The notes beneath the pieces were generated by a model, which searched no databases, was not told where the DNA came from, and saw only the letters and a list, made by a program, of their open reading frames with translations. Positions 31,167-41,942 of a stretch of DNA of 64,000 nt are shown here, in pieces. Position numbers and translations under genes: made by a program. Location: NCBI GenBank assembly GCA_964593435.1, contig CAZQGY010000005.1, forward strand, positions 92 to 64,091, read 5' to 3'. The first letter of the stretch is position 1. Each line of letters starts with the position of its first letter. Source of the stretch: an uncultured Flavobacterium sp. (GTDB taxonomy: Bacteria; Bacteroidota; Bacteroidia; Flavobacteriales; Flavobacteriaceae).

Positions 31167-33248
31167 TTACTCTTTTAAAAATTTTAAATACAGAGTTGCT
31201 GTTTTTTCATCTGCAGTTTTAACTAAATTTTCTACTTGATTTCTAAAATCAGGCTGTTTTAACTTGGTTCGAATTTTCTCTCTTGCGAATTTTGTAAATT
31301 GCCATTTATGATGCGTGGTTGCTTGAAACAAAGCTTGAATTACATTAGAATTATTTGGATATAATTCCAATAAAACTTCCAAAGCATTTTCTCTAAGACT
31401 ACTTTCATTATTATTTGAAGCATAATTTAATAATTCTTCAAAATACATTTTTTTATTGTCGTAATATTTATCAGAATTTAACGCCAGTTTTAACCAAATT
31501 ACTCGTAAACTTTTATCGTTATTGCCAGATATGTTTTTTAGTTTTTCTAAATATTCAAATGACTGATTTGGAAAATTATGGCACAAATTTATTAAAGCAA
31601 TTTCTTTAGTTTGATATGAATCATCGTCTAAAAATGTTTCATATTGCGATTGAAATGCTACAGGTATTTCAGGCATCGTTTCGGCAATGGCTTGACGAAC
31701 ATATACGTTTTGTTTCATACCAATTTCAATCAATTCTTTTTTATCATTAAAAGTAGTATTACCTAATTTATAGAAAATATATTGTTTTATAGGAAAATAG
31801 GTATCCGATTGTAAAATTGCTTTATAATTTTCAATATCTTTTTTCTCTTTTGTCAACTGAATATAGTCGGTAACCGATTGGTTTTTCTTTAGATATCTTT
31901 CCGCTAAAACCATATCAAAACCAGCCGTTTCCAACCATTTATTTTTAAAACTTTCTGTATCAAATTTTTTTGAAACTTTTTTTATCTCAGCTAAAAACTC
32001 ATCAGTATTAACATTTTTGTACTGGTATTTTTTCAAGTACCTTTTTACTGCTTTTTGAAAATTTTTCGCACCGATATCCTCACGTAACGTATGCAACGCC
32101 CAGGCTCCTTTTTTGTAAAATGACAAAGAACTCGCTTTTTCATTCATCAAAGGAATTGTGTCGGTTTTGGCCGCACTTCTTAGCTGTAACGCATAATTAT
32201 ATAATTCGTTGTAAAAATAATCGTCTCCAAAAATTTCTTTCTCAGCTAAAAGCGCATAATAAGTAGCAAAACCTTCTTGCAACCAATGATGTTTTCCAGA
32301 TTGTGCCGTGACTAGATCACCAAACCATTGATGCGCCAATTCATGTGCATTTACATTGATGTAATTTTTATCATTAAAACCGATCGAATCCACTACAAAA
32401 TCTTGAGCAAAAATAGTAGAAGTCGTGTTTTCCATACCGGCATATAAAAAATCTCTAACTGGTACTTGACGATAAATTTTCCAAGGATATTCCATGCCAA
32501 TTTCTTGTTCTAAATAATCGAAAATTTGTTTGGAATAACGATACGTGGGTTCGAATTTTGAATAATCATTTTTATCAATATAGAATTCTAAGGACGTTCC
32601 TGATTTGCTTTTGACATCTTCCTTAACAAAATTTCCAAACGCCAGCATTACTAAATATGACGACATTGGTTTTTGCATTTGATAATTTCTTGTAATATCG
32701 TTTACGCCTCTACTCCAACTTATAGTATTTTTCTCAAAATTCAATTTACCATTAGATAATGCAATAGGATCAAATTTAGATTTATCCATATCAACATAAT
32801 AGTTAATAGTTATCCCGAAAATTACTTTCTCATTAACATCGTCAAAACTCGGCAACCAATGACTGGTATATTTTCCTTGACCTTGAGTCCAGATTTGCCT
32901 ATTATCATCTTGTCCTATGAAATAAAGCGTTTGTTTCGGTATTGCATGGTATAGAAACGTTAGTTTGTTTTTGCCTTTAGAAAATCCTTCAAATAAATTC
33001 AATGTTTTTCCTGAATTTTTGAATTTCACCAATTTATCATTAATCATAACATCTGAAAACTCCATGTTTTTAGCATCGATTTTAATAGTATCTATAATTT
33101 GTTTTACTTTAAATTTGTAGGTTACACTTCCAGAAATTGATTTTTCTTCAAAATTCGGATATAAAGAAGCTGTACAACTTATAAAATCGACTTGATTTAT
33201 CTGCTGAGCAAAAGAAATAATTGAAAAAAATAGAAATATATAGCGCAT
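31167..33248 (-). CDS. M1 family aminopeptidase with HEAT-like C-terminus
   Basis: AGMEN, HELAHQWFGD...QEGF and YKKGA motifs. Confidence 0.9.
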   Translation of the reverse strand: MRYIFLFFSIISFAQQINQVDFISCTASLYPNFEEKSISGSVTYKFKVKQIIDTIKIDAKNMEFSDVMINDKLVKFKNSGKTLNLFEGFSKGKNKLTFLYHAIPKQTLYFIGQDDNRQIWTQGQGKYTSHWLPSFDDVNEKVIFGITINYYVDMDKSKFDPIALSNGKLNFEKNTISWSRGVNDITRNYQMQKPMSSYLVMLAFGNFVKEDVKSKSGTSLEFYIDKNDYSKFEPTYRYSKQIFDYLEQEIGMEYPWKIYRQVPVRDFLYAGMENTTSTIFAQDFVVDSIGFNDKNYINVNAHELAHQWFGDLVTAQSGKHHWLQEGFATYYALLAEKEIFGDDYFYNELYNYALQLRSAAKTDTIPLMNEKASSLSFYKKGAWALHTLREDIGAKNFQKAVKRYLKKYQYKNVNTDEFLAEIKKVSKKFDTESFKNKWLETAGFDMVLAERYLKKNQSVTDYIQLTKEKKDIENYKAILQSDTYFPIKQYIFYKLGNTTFNDKKELIEIGMKQNVYVRQAIAETMPEIPVAFQSQYETFLDDDSYQTKEIALINLCHNFPNQSFEYLEKLKNISGNNDKSLRVIWLKLALNSDKYYDNKKMYFEELLNYASNNNESSLRENALEVLLELYPNNSNVIQALFQATTHHKWQFTKFAREKIRTKLKQPDFRNQVENLVKTADEKTATLYLKFLKE

Positions 33249-33389
33249 TTATAATTTTATTTACAACAAAGATACTAATTAACGAAACTCATAAAAGGTT
33301 TTCAAAAGTTTTAATATTGTATAGTTTTAGTATAGGCTACTAATTTACTTTTGTGCTAAATTAAACACTATTTTTGAAAAAAAGATATT

Positions 33390-34988
33390 ATGCGTTACCT
33401 ACTTTCAGTACTACTATTGTTTTCTCAAGTTAGTTTATTTTCTCAAGCACAAATTTCACAAGACAATTTTGAAGGAAACAGCACTATTACTTCGTGGGTT
33501 GGTGATGATTGTTTGATAGATACAAATTTCACTAATCCTTTTCCTACAGGAATAAATTCGTCATCAAAAGTTCTTAAATATTCTGACACTGGTGGGCAAT
33601 ATGCAAACGTTCGTTTTGATGCTGGGTTTAATTTTAATCTATTAACAAGTAGTGAATTTTCATTAAAAATATATGTGCCTTCAACTGGTATTACAGGAAA
33701 TCAAAACAATCAAATTTCATTAAAACTTCAAAATGGAACTTCAGCTACACCTTGGTCTACTCAATGTGAAATTATTAAACCTATCATTTTAAATCAATGG
33801 CAAATCATTACGTTTAATTTTGCAACAGATGCATTTATTAATTTAGATCCAAATTCACAAAACCCATTAAATAGATGGGATTTTAATCGTGTACTAATCC
33901 AAATAAATGGAGAAAACAACAATTCAAACGTAATGGCTTATATTGATGATTTTTTATATTCTGGAGCCGTTTCAACATGTACTAATTTAGTTTGGAGTGA
34001 TGAATTTACTACTAATGGTGTTGTAAATAATTTAAATTGGTTTCATCAAACACAATTACCTAATGGAACAAGCTGGTATAATGGCGAATTACAGCATTAT
34101 ACCAACAGTCAGACCAATTCTTATTGCTCAAACGGAATTTTATCTATTACAGCCAAAAAAGAAGTCCTAACACAACAAAATCAAACCAAACAATTTACTT
34201 CAGCCAGATTAAACTCGAAATTTGCATTTAAATATGGACGAGTTGAAGTTCGTGCCAAATTACCAACTGGCTCAGGAACATGGCCTGCAATATGGATGTT
34301 AGGCAAAAACATTATTGAACCCGGCGGATATTGGACTGCTAGTCACGGAACTACTAATTGGCCTGCATGCGGTGAAATAGATATTATGGAGCACTGGGGA
34401 ACCAATCAAAACATAATTTCAAGTGCGGTTCATCATCCAATAAATGGGAATTTAAGTATTGGCGAATACACTACTAATTCGCAATTCAAAGCAGGTGTTT
34501 CTTCTAATTTTCACATTTACGCAATGGAATGGAATGCGCAAAGTATTACTTTTAGCGTAGATGGCGTTAATCACTTAACTTATAATCCAACAATAAAAAA
34601 CCAATATACCTGGCCTTTTGATGCAGAACAGTATATTTTATTAAATGTAGCTATAGAACCTAGTGTTTCTTCTAATTTTGTTCAATCTACAATGGAAGTA
34701 GATTATGTTAGAGTGTATCAAGAAGCTGCATTAGCAACCACTAATTTTCAAAATCCTGAAAGAATTAAATTATTTCCAAATCCTGTTTCGGATAAATTAA
34801 CCATTTTAAACCTTGAGAACACAAATCCAACAGCTGAAATATATTCATTATTAGGGCAAAAACTACATTCTTGTATTTTATTAAATAATGAAACGAATAT
34901 TGATGTTTCTAATTATCAAAACGGAATTTATTTAGTTAAACTAATTTCTGAAAGTGGTAATAACACCTATAAATTTATAAAGAAATAA
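33390..34988 (+). CDS. GH16 beta-glucanase (laminarinase-like) with T9SS type A C-terminal signal
   Basis: WPAIWML and EIDIMEH catalytic motifs. C-terminal FPNPV...GIYLVKL...KFIKK. Confidence 0.9.
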   Translation: MRYLLSVLLLFSQVSLFSQAQISQDNFEGNSTITSWVGDDCLIDTNFTNPFPTGINSSSKVLKYSDTGGQYANVRFDAGFNFNLLTSSEFSLKIYVPSTGITGNQNNQISLKLQNGTSATPWSTQCEIIKPIILNQWQIITFNFATDAFINLDPNSQNPLNRWDFNRVLIQINGENNNSNVMAYIDDFLYSGAVSTCTNLVWSDEFTTNGVVNNLNWFHQTQLPNGTSWYNGELQHYTNSQTNSYCSNGILSITAKKEVLTQQNQTKQFTSARLNSKFAFKYGRVEVRAKLPTGSGTWPAIWMLGKNIIEPGGYWTASHGTTNWPACGEIDIMEHWGTNQNIISSAVHHPINGNLSIGEYTTNSQFKAGVSSNFHIYAMEWNAQSITFSVDGVNHLTYNPTIKNQYTWPFDAEQYILLNVAIEPSVSSNFVQSTMEVDYVRVYQEAALATTNFQNPERIKLFPNPVSDKLTILNLENTNPTAEIYSLLGQKLHSCILLNNETNIDVSNYQNGIYLVKLISESGNNTYKFIKK

Positions 34989-35038
34989 TAATTTCAAAAT
35001 TTAGAATTTATACCTATCTTCGCTTTTCATGTGTATTT

Positions 35039-35091
35039 AAACACAGATTAGAAAAATTTTAAAAATTCATTTAGTTTCTTTTATCTGTGTT
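35039..35091. repeat. AACACAGAT...ATCTGTGTT inverted-repeat element
   Basis: AACACAGATTAGAAA left arm and TTTCTTTTATCTGTGTT right arm. Confidence 0.65.
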
Positions 35092-35128
35092 CAAAATTCA
35101 ATTTGAATTACAAAAATAGAATTAGACT

Positions 35129-37231
35129 TTGAATCTACTTGATACTCCCATAGAATATTTAAAAGGCGTTGGTCCGCAGCGAGGCGACTTACTTCGCAAA
35201 GAAATGAAGATTCATAAATATGGCGATTTAATCAATTTATATCCCTATCGATATATCGATAGAACTCGCTATTTTAAAATCAACCAACTAATAAACAGCA
35301 ATTCAGAAGTTCAAATTATTGGAAAAGTTGTTCATGTTAAAACTATTGACCAAGGAAAAGGAAAATCAAGATTAGTCGCTACTTTTATAGATGATACAGG
35401 ACAAATGGAATTGGTTTGGTTTCAAGGACAAAAATGGGTAAAAGAAAGTTTGAAACTAAATACTATTTATGTTATTTTTGGAAAAGTCACGCAATTTGGA
35501 TCGGTTTTCAATATGGCCCATCCAGAAATGGAATTGTTGGAAGAGCACAAAACTACATTACGAAGTACGATGCAACCAGTGTACCCAAGTACTGAAAAGC
35601 TAAACAATAAAGGAGTAACCAATAAAGTAATCAATAAAATGATGATGCAATTGTTTTCAGAAACGCATCAATTATTTTCAGAAACGTTATCCGATTCAAT
35701 TATAGAAGAATTAAAACTTATTCCAAAAAAAGAAGCGTTACTAAACATTCATTTTCCAAAAAATCAAGAACTTTTAGCCAAAGCGCAATTTCGATTAAAA
35801 TTTGAGGAGTTATTTTTCATTCAACTGCAATTAATCACTAAAAATTTAATTCGAAAACATAAAATAAAAGGGTTTCCTTTCGAAATTATTGGTGAAAATT
35901 TTAATAATTTTTACAACAATCATTTACCTTTTGATTTGACGAATGCTCAAAAAAGAGTATTGAAAGAAATACGAAACGATTTAGGAAGTCATGCACAAAT
36001 GAATCGTCTACTTCAAGGTGATGTAGGTTCCGGAAAAACCATAGTTGCTTTAATGTGCATGCTTATTGCAAAAGATAACGGCTTTCAAAGCTGTTTAATG
36101 GCGCCTACAGAAATTCTGGCAAATCAGCATTTTAATGGCATTACCGAATTAGCTAAAGATTTAAATATTAACATCAGAATATTAACTGGTTCTACGAAAA
36201 TTGCACAACGAAGAATTATTCATGAAGAATTAGAAAACGGCACGTTAGATATAATCATCGGTACGCATGCTTTATTGGAAGATAAAGTCCAATTTAAAAA
36301 CTTAGGTTTAGCCGTTATAGACGAACAACATCGTTTTGGTGTAGAACAAAGAAGTAAACTTTGGACAAAATCGGAAATCCCACCTCATGTTTTAGTCATG
36401 ACCGCTACTCCTATTCCGCGTACTTTAGCGATGAGCTTGTATGGCGATTTAGATATTTCTGTGATTGACGAATTGCCGCCTGGTAGAAAACCAATTCAAA
36501 CTGTTCATCGATTTGATAGTAAGCGATTGGTAGTTTGGAAATTCTTAAAAGATGAAATTGCCAAAGGCCGACAAATTTATATTGTTTATCCATTAATTCA
36601 AGAATCTGAAAAAATGGATTATAAAGATTTGATGGACGGTTATGAAAGCATTTCTCGTGATTTTCCTTTGCCACACTATTCCATTTCTATTTTACATGGT
36701 AAGATGAAACCCGCAGACAAAGAGGAAGAAATGAAGCGCTTTGCGGAAGGAAAAACCAATATTATGGTAGCCACAACAGTAATTGAGGTAGGTGTAAACG
36801 TTCCAAATGCTTCCGTAATGGTGATTGAAAGTGCTGAGCGTTTTGGTTTGTCACAATTACATCAGTTACGAGGGCGCGTAGGTCGTGGAGCTGAACAAAG
36901 TTATTGTATTTTAATGACGGATTATAAACTTTCCGAAGACAGTAAAACCCGTATGGAAACCATGGTACGAACCAATGATGGATTTGAAATTGCTGAAGTC
37001 GATTTAAAATTACGCGGTCCCGGAGATATTATGGGAAAACAACAAAGCGGTGTGCTAAACCTACAAATTGCTGATTTAGTAAAAGACCGAGACATTTTAC
37101 AGGTAGCAAGACATATTGTGGTAAAACTACTAAAAACAGATCCAAGTATGAATTTACCTGAACATGCCAAATTAAAAGCGGTATTTATGGAAATCAGCAA
37201 GAAAAAAAGCATTTGGAATTATATTTCTTAA
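35129..37231 (+). CDS. recG: ATP-dependent DNA helicase RecG
   Basis: KGVGP, QGDVGSGKT, DEQHRFG, TATPIPRT and QLRGRVGRG motifs. TTG start. Confidence 0.95.
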   Translation: MNLLDTPIEYLKGVGPQRGDLLRKEMKIHKYGDLINLYPYRYIDRTRYFKINQLINSNSEVQIIGKVVHVKTIDQGKGKSRLVATFIDDTGQMELVWFQGQKWVKESLKLNTIYVIFGKVTQFGSVFNMAHPEMELLEEHKTTLRSTMQPVYPSTEKLNNKGVTNKVINKMMMQLFSETHQLFSETLSDSIIEELKLIPKKEALLNIHFPKNQELLAKAQFRLKFEELFFIQLQLITKNLIRKHKIKGFPFEIIGENFNNFYNNHLPFDLTNAQKRVLKEIRNDLGSHAQMNRLLQGDVGSGKTIVALMCMLIAKDNGFQSCLMAPTEILANQHFNGITELAKDLNINIRILTGSTKIAQRRIIHEELENGTLDIIIGTHALLEDKVQFKNLGLAVIDEQHRFGVEQRSKLWTKSEIPPHVLVMTATPIPRTLAMSLYGDLDISVIDELPPGRKPIQTVHRFDSKRLVVWKFLKDEIAKGRQIYIVYPLIQESEKMDYKDLMDGYESISRDFPLPHYSISILHGKMKPADKEEEMKRFAEGKTNIMVATTVIEVGVNVPNASVMVIESAERFGLSQLHQLRGRVGRGAEQSYCILMTDYKLSEDSKTRMETMVRTNDGFEIAEVDLKLRGPGDIMGKQQSGVLNLQIADLVKDRDILQVARHIVVKLLKTDPSMNLPEHAKLKAVFMEISKKKSIWNYIS

Positions 37232-37258
37232 TAGAAAATAGAACATAGAGAATAAAAT

Positions 37259-37465
37259 ATGGAGAATTTTATTGAAGATATTTTAAATTAACTAATTGAA
37301 GAAGCATATGAAGTAAAAGAAAGTGCTTTTAATGATTTTGAAAAAGGGAAATTATTTGGGTATTATCATTCAATATCCTAAATATTAAGTCAATCTGTGG
37401 CTTTTGGAGCATTTGATAAGCTACTCAAGAATTTAAGAGAATTTAATCCGGAAGATTTATTATAA
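37259..37465 (+). pseudogene. Small protein gene (68 codons) broken by two in-frame TAA stops
   Basis: MENFIEDILN*LIEEAYEVKESAFNDFEKGKLFGYYHSIS*ILSQSVAFGAFDKLLKNLREFNPEDLL*. A-rich start context and protein-like composition in a single frame. Confidence 0.55.
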
Positions 37466-37506
37466 AAACATGTAGAAGAAATTTTATAACCGATATCGAC
37501 TAAAAC

Positions 37507-37549
37507 AAAAGTTCCCGTTACGATTAATTTCGTAAAGGGAACTTTTTTT
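37507..37549. terminator. Bidirectional terminator between recG unit and transketolase operon
   Basis: AAAAGTTCCC-G-TTACGA-loop-TCGTAA-A-GGGAACTTTT. Confidence 0.8.
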
Positions 37550-37562
37550 ATTATAAATAATA

Positions 37563-38516
37563 TTATTTTCTAGCGATTACTTTTAATGATTTCTCAATAA
37601 TGGCTGTACTATTTAATCCGTATTTTTCCATTAATTGCTCTGGCGTTCCACTTTCTCCAAAAGTATCATTAGTAGCTACAAATTCTTGTGGAGCTGGTTT
37701 ATTTAAGCTAAACGTTCTAGCTACACTTTCTCCTAAACCTCCTAAGAAATTATGTTCTTCAGCAGTTACTACACAACCCGTTTTAGCCACCGATTTTAAA
37801 ATAGCTTCTTCATCTAAAGGTTTTATGGTATGAATATTAATCACCTCAGCAGAAATGCCTTGTTTTTCAAGTTCTTCTGCAGCAATCAACGCCTCCCAAA
37901 CTAAATGTCCTGTAGCAAGTATGGTAACATCTGTTCCTTCATTTAACAAAATAGCTTTTCCAATTACGAAAGGCTCATCTGCTGGCATAAAATTAGGCAC
38001 TACTGGACGACCAAAACGCAAATATGCAGGTCCGTGATGTTCTGCTAAAGCTAAAGTAGCTGCTTTTGTTTGGTTGTAATCGCATGTGTTGATTACTGTC
38101 ATTCCTGGCAACATTTTCATTAAGCCTATATCTTCTAAAATTTGATGCGTGGCACCATCTTCACCTAAAGTTAAACCGGCGTGAGAAGCACAAATTTTAA
38201 CATTTTTATCTGAGTAAGCTACAGATTGACGAATTTGGTCATATACTCTTCCTGTAGAAAAATTTGCAAAAGTTCCAGTAAAAGGAATTTTTCCTCCAAT
38301 TGTTAAACCTGCGGCAATTCCAATCATATTGGCTTCTGCAATTCCGATTTGAAAAAAACGTTCTGGATGATTTTTCTTAAAATCGTCAAACTTTAACGAA
38401 CCAATTAAATCGGCACAAAGTGCTACTACATTTTCGTTTTTTTGTCCTAATTCGGTCATTCCTGCTCCAAATCCTGAACGGGTATCTTTACTTCCTGTGT
38501 TTTCGTATTTTTTCAT
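37563..38516 (-). CDS. Transketolase C-terminal (pyrimidine-binding) subunit
   Basis: GIAEANM, GEDGATHQ and YLRFGR motifs. Confidence 0.9.
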   Translation of the reverse strand: MKKYENTGSKDTRSGFGAGMTELGQKNENVVALCADLIGSLKFDDFKKNHPERFFQIGIAEANMIGIAAGLTIGGKIPFTGTFANFSTGRVYDQIRQSVAYSDKNVKICASHAGLTLGEDGATHQILEDIGLMKMLPGMTVINTCDYNQTKAATLALAEHHGPAYLRFGRPVVPNFMPADEPFVIGKAILLNEGTDVTILATGHLVWEALIAAEELEKQGISAEVINIHTIKPLDEEAILKSVAKTGCVVTAEEHNFLGGLGESVARTFSLNKPAPQEFVATNDTFGESGTPEQLMEKYGLNSTAIIEKSLKVIARK

Positions 38517-38534
38517 TGTGTGTGTTTTATAAAT

Positions 38535-39209
38535 CTATCTAATTTCTTTAATAACGGTGAAATTAAGTTCATAATTAATTTTTTCGATTTTTTGAGTTAA
38601 AAACTCTGAACTTAATTTTCCATCAATTAAACATAAAGTCTTTTCTAAATCATAATCATTTAGAATCTCTAAATTATATTTATTTATTAATCTTTTTTTA
38701 AAATTAGAATATATTAAAGGTTTAATATCTTTATTTAATGTAAAATAATAAAAATATTCATTAATTATCTTTTTTTTCTTTTTGTTTTTATACTGAGTTA
38801 AATGAACTAAAATCTGTTTATTAATTGTGTCATTTTCAAATTCCATCTCTTCATGAAAATTTTTATATTTTCTTAAAATCAGTTCACGATAAACTGATGA
38901 ATACAATATAGGATTTTCCAATTTTGAAAGGTCTTCTGTTTTTTTAAATTTAAAATCAATATCAAATTCTATTATATCAATTTCTTTGTGATTAAAAATC
39001 CTTGCTACAGTATCTTTATTTGAATATTTTAATTCTAATAAATAAGTTGAATCTTTAGTGTTTTTAAATTGGTAACTTTCCTCAAATCTATTATCTCCAT
39101 AATTTTTTGACTTTATATTAATGTAATGATCAAAATAAAAATTATACTCTTTTTCTTGCGAAAAAGAATGAATTGAAATAAATAAAAATAAAAGAAATAT
39201 CTTTTTCAT
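38535..39209 (-). CDS. Hypothetical secreted protein between the transketolase halves
   Basis: 224-aa ORF with signal peptide (ISIHSFSQ), very AT-rich, TAATG-coupled to the upstream gene. Confidence 0.7.
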   Translation of the reverse strand: MKKIFLLFLFISIHSFSQEKEYNFYFDHYINIKSKNYGDNRFEESYQFKNTKDSTYLLELKYSNKDTVARIFNHKEIDIIEFDIDFKFKKTEDLSKLENPILYSSVYRELILRKYKNFHEEMEFENDTINKQILVHLTQYKNKKKKKIINEYFYYFTLNKDIKPLIYSNFKKRLINKYNLEILNDYDLEKTLCLIDGKLSSEFLTQKIEKINYELNFTVIKEIR

Positions 39210-40057
39210 TAATAATCTCCTAAAGTGGCTGGATTTTGGTTTAACGCATTTTCTAATTGTTCATTACTAGGTGCTTTACCGTGCCAAGCGTGCGTATGCA
39301 TCATAAAATCTACTCCATTGCCCATTTCTGTATGCAATAACACACAAACTGGTTTTCCTTTTCCTGTACGAGATTTTGCATCTGCCATTCCGTTTATTAT
39401 GGCTTCGATGTTATTTCCTTGCGTAATTTCTAACACATCCCAATCAAATGCTTCAAATTTAGCTTTTACATTTCCCATGTTCAACACATCAGTTGTAGAA
39501 CCATCAATTTGTTGCCCATTTAAATCGACTGTTGCAATTAAGTTGTCTACATTTTTTGCAGAGGCATAAATAATGGCTTCCCAATTTTGACCTTCTTGCA
39601 ACTCACCATCACCAGTTAAAACATACACTAAATTCGAATCTTTATTTAGTTTTTTTGCTTGAGCAGCTCCAATTGCAACTGACAAGCCTTGCCCTAATGA
39701 CCCTGAAGCCATACGAATACCTTCTAAACCTTCGTGTGTAGTTGGGTGTCCTTGCAAACGCGTGTTTAATTTTCGGAAAGTAGCCAATTCAGATACTGAA
39801 AAATAACCACTTCGAGCTAAAACACTATAAAATACTGGAGAAATGTGTCCGTTTGATAAAAAGAAAAGATCTTCATTAGCACCATTCATATCAAAACCTT
39901 CGTTTCTTTTCATTACGTGTTGATACAGGGTTACTAAGAACTCTGCACAGCCTAAAGAACCACCTGGATGACCTGAATTAACTGCATGAACCATTCTAAG
40001 AATATCTCTTCGAACTTGTTGTGTAAATTGTTCTAAATTAGAAATTTGTTGTGTCAT
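39209..40057 (-). CDS. Transketolase N-terminal (ThDP-binding) subunit
   Basis: SGHPGGSLG, SNGH, GSLGQG and GDGELQEG motifs. Confidence 0.92.
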   Translation of the reverse strand: MTQQISNLEQFTQQVRRDILRMVHAVNSGHPGGSLGCAEFLVTLYQHVMKRNEGFDMNGANEDLFFLSNGHISPVFYSVLARSGYFSVSELATFRKLNTRLQGHPTTHEGLEGIRMASGSLGQGLSVAIGAAQAKKLNKDSNLVYVLTGDGELQEGQNWEAIIYASAKNVDNLIATVDLNGQQIDGSTTDVLNMGNVKAKFEAFDWDVLEITQGNNIEAIINGMADAKSRTGKGKPVCVLLHTEMGNGVDFMMHTHAWHGKAPSNEQLENALNQNPATLGDY

Positions 40058-40112
40058 TGTAAAAAGTTTTTTGCAAAAATAAATTTAATAATCTGTTTAA
40101 ACTAATGTGATT

Positions 40113-40976
40113 TTATTTTTTTATCAATAAGAATTCAACAATTTTTTGAATTACTTTTGAATCGCCCAATATTTTTCTATGTCCTAAAGTTTTAGTTATT
40201 AAAATTTCTTTATTAGTAAGGTTTTCTGCCAAATGATACGCTTCTGAAACCGGTATATCTTCATCATCTGTATCATGAATAACTAATACTGGAATTTTAA
40301 CTTCTTTAGCTGCTACATATGCCGAAAAACTTTCCATTTCAAAATGGTACTTTTTTTCAAAATTATTTTTCATCAAAACAGCTACATCATTTGGTAAGCC
40401 AATTTTTTCTATAAAAGTATTTACTATATTAATTACGCTATTTCCACTACCAATTACTACAGCTTTTTTTACATGCAATCCTTTTTTTATAGCATTTAAA
40501 ATAGACATCCCTCCTAAAGAATGTCCAACAGCAAATTCAAAAGGACCATATGCTTTTTCTACTTCTAAAATAGATTCTATAAATTCGAGCATTAAAGTGG
40601 TTTTTGTACCCGATTTTCCATGGGCAGGAGCATCAAAGCTAATTATCGAATAGCCGTTTTCTATGAAGGCATCGGCAATTTTAACCAATTGAGTTCCTCT
40701 ACCCGACCAACCGTGAACCAAAAGTATTTTTTTGCTCGAATTTCCATAAGTATAAACCACGATTTGTTTACTTATAGAAGGAACAAATAATTTTGTTTGT
40801 TTCGAAGTAGCTTCCATATGAAACTCTCTTTTCGGAATTTTATGTTTGATAGGTGTGATAAATAATTTTCGAGCAAATTTCTCAGCCAAATTAGGAGAAA
40901 TTCTATACAAAAATCGACCAATTAAAACGATAATTTTAGGAACTTGAGTTGTAGTTGAAGATTTTTTATTCGGCAT
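40113..40976 (-). CDS. Alpha/beta hydrolase
   Basis: VHGWSG, DAPAHG, GHSLGG, HDTDD and LGHRKIL motifs. Confidence 0.88.
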   Translation of the reverse strand: MPNKKSSTTTQVPKIIVLIGRFLYRISPNLAEKFARKLFITPIKHKIPKREFHMEATSKQTKLFVPSISKQIVVYTYGNSSKKILLVHGWSGRGTQLVKIADAFIENGYSIISFDAPAHGKSGTKTTLMLEFIESILEVEKAYGPFEFAVGHSLGGMSILNAIKKGLHVKKAVVIGSGNSVINIVNTFIEKIGLPNDVAVLMKNNFEKKYHFEMESFSAYVAAKEVKIPVLVIHDTDDEDIPVSEAYHLAENLTNKEILITKTLGHRKILGDSKVIQKIVEFLLIKK

Positions 40977-41072
40977 GTGTTATTTTTTATACAAAAGTAA
41001 TCAATTATAGTATGGTATGATTTTTGAATTAAACAAAAAATAGAATAACTTTGTTAGACCAAATTTTACATC

Positions 41073-41888
41073 ATGAAAACACTTCTAAAATCACTTATCG
41101 TAACCGGAATTCTTGTGGTTTCTTGTGCAAAAAACCCGTTCACAGGAAAAAGCACCATGGCATTTGTTCCAAATAGTCAAATTTTTCCATCTGCATTTCA
41201 ACAATACAATCAATTTTTGTCTGAAAACAAAGTAGTAAAAGGAACTTCAGATGCCAAACGAATTGAAACCATAGGAATGAAAATTAAAACAGCTTCTGAA
41301 AGATATTTAACGGCCAATGGAAAATCAGATTATTTAAATGAATACAAATGGGAATACAATTTAGTAGAAAGTAAAGAAATAAATGCTTGGTGTATGCCTG
41401 GTGGTAAAATTGTTTTTTATACCGGAATTTTACCCGTTTGTAAAGATGATGCCGGAATTGCGGCCGTAATGGGACACGAAGTCGCACATGCCTTGGCTAA
41501 TCACGGGCAACAACGTATGAGTGCTGGTTTATTACAGCAAGTAGGTGCTGTTGGAGCCGCATTAGCCGCTGAAAAATATGCTCCAAAATATCAAAATGAA
41601 GCCATGCAAGCCTATGGCGCTGGTTCTCAAGTATTAGGTGTTTTGCCTTTTAGCAGAGCACATGAAAGCGAAGCTGATATGATAGGATTAACACTTATGG
41701 CAATTGCAGGATATGACCCTATTAATGCAGTAAAAGTTTGGGAAAGAATGTCAGCACAATCTGAAGGAAAAGCACCTCCAGAATTTTTAAGCACTCATCC
41801 AAGTAACCAAACCAGAATTGATGAATTAACCGCATTACTTCCACAAGCTAAAGCAGAAGCAGCTAAATTTGGAGTTACTTTTAAATAG
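41073..41888 (+). CDS. M48 family metallopeptidase lipoprotein
   Basis: Lipobox VVSC, NAWCMPGG, HEVAH, ESEAD and STHP motifs. Confidence 0.92.
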   Translation: MKTLLKSLIVTGILVVSCAKNPFTGKSTMAFVPNSQIFPSAFQQYNQFLSENKVVKGTSDAKRIETIGMKIKTASERYLTANGKSDYLNEYKWEYNLVESKEINAWCMPGGKIVFYTGILPVCKDDAGIAAVMGHEVAHALANHGQQRMSAGLLQQVGAVGAALAAEKYAPKYQNEAMQAYGAGSQVLGVLPFSRAHESEADMIGLTLMAIAGYDPINAVKVWERMSAQSEGKAPPEFLSTHPSNQTRIDELTALLPQAKAEAAKFGVTFK

Positions 41889-41910
41889 TAAAAATATTAT
41901 CTTATATTAG

Positions 41911-41938
41911 TCCCGATATTTATCGGGATTTTTATTTT
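41911..41938 (+). terminator. Terminator after M48 gene
   Basis: TCCCGAT-ATTT-ATCGGGA followed by a T-rich tail. Confidence 0.75.
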
Positions 41939-41942
41939 ATAT

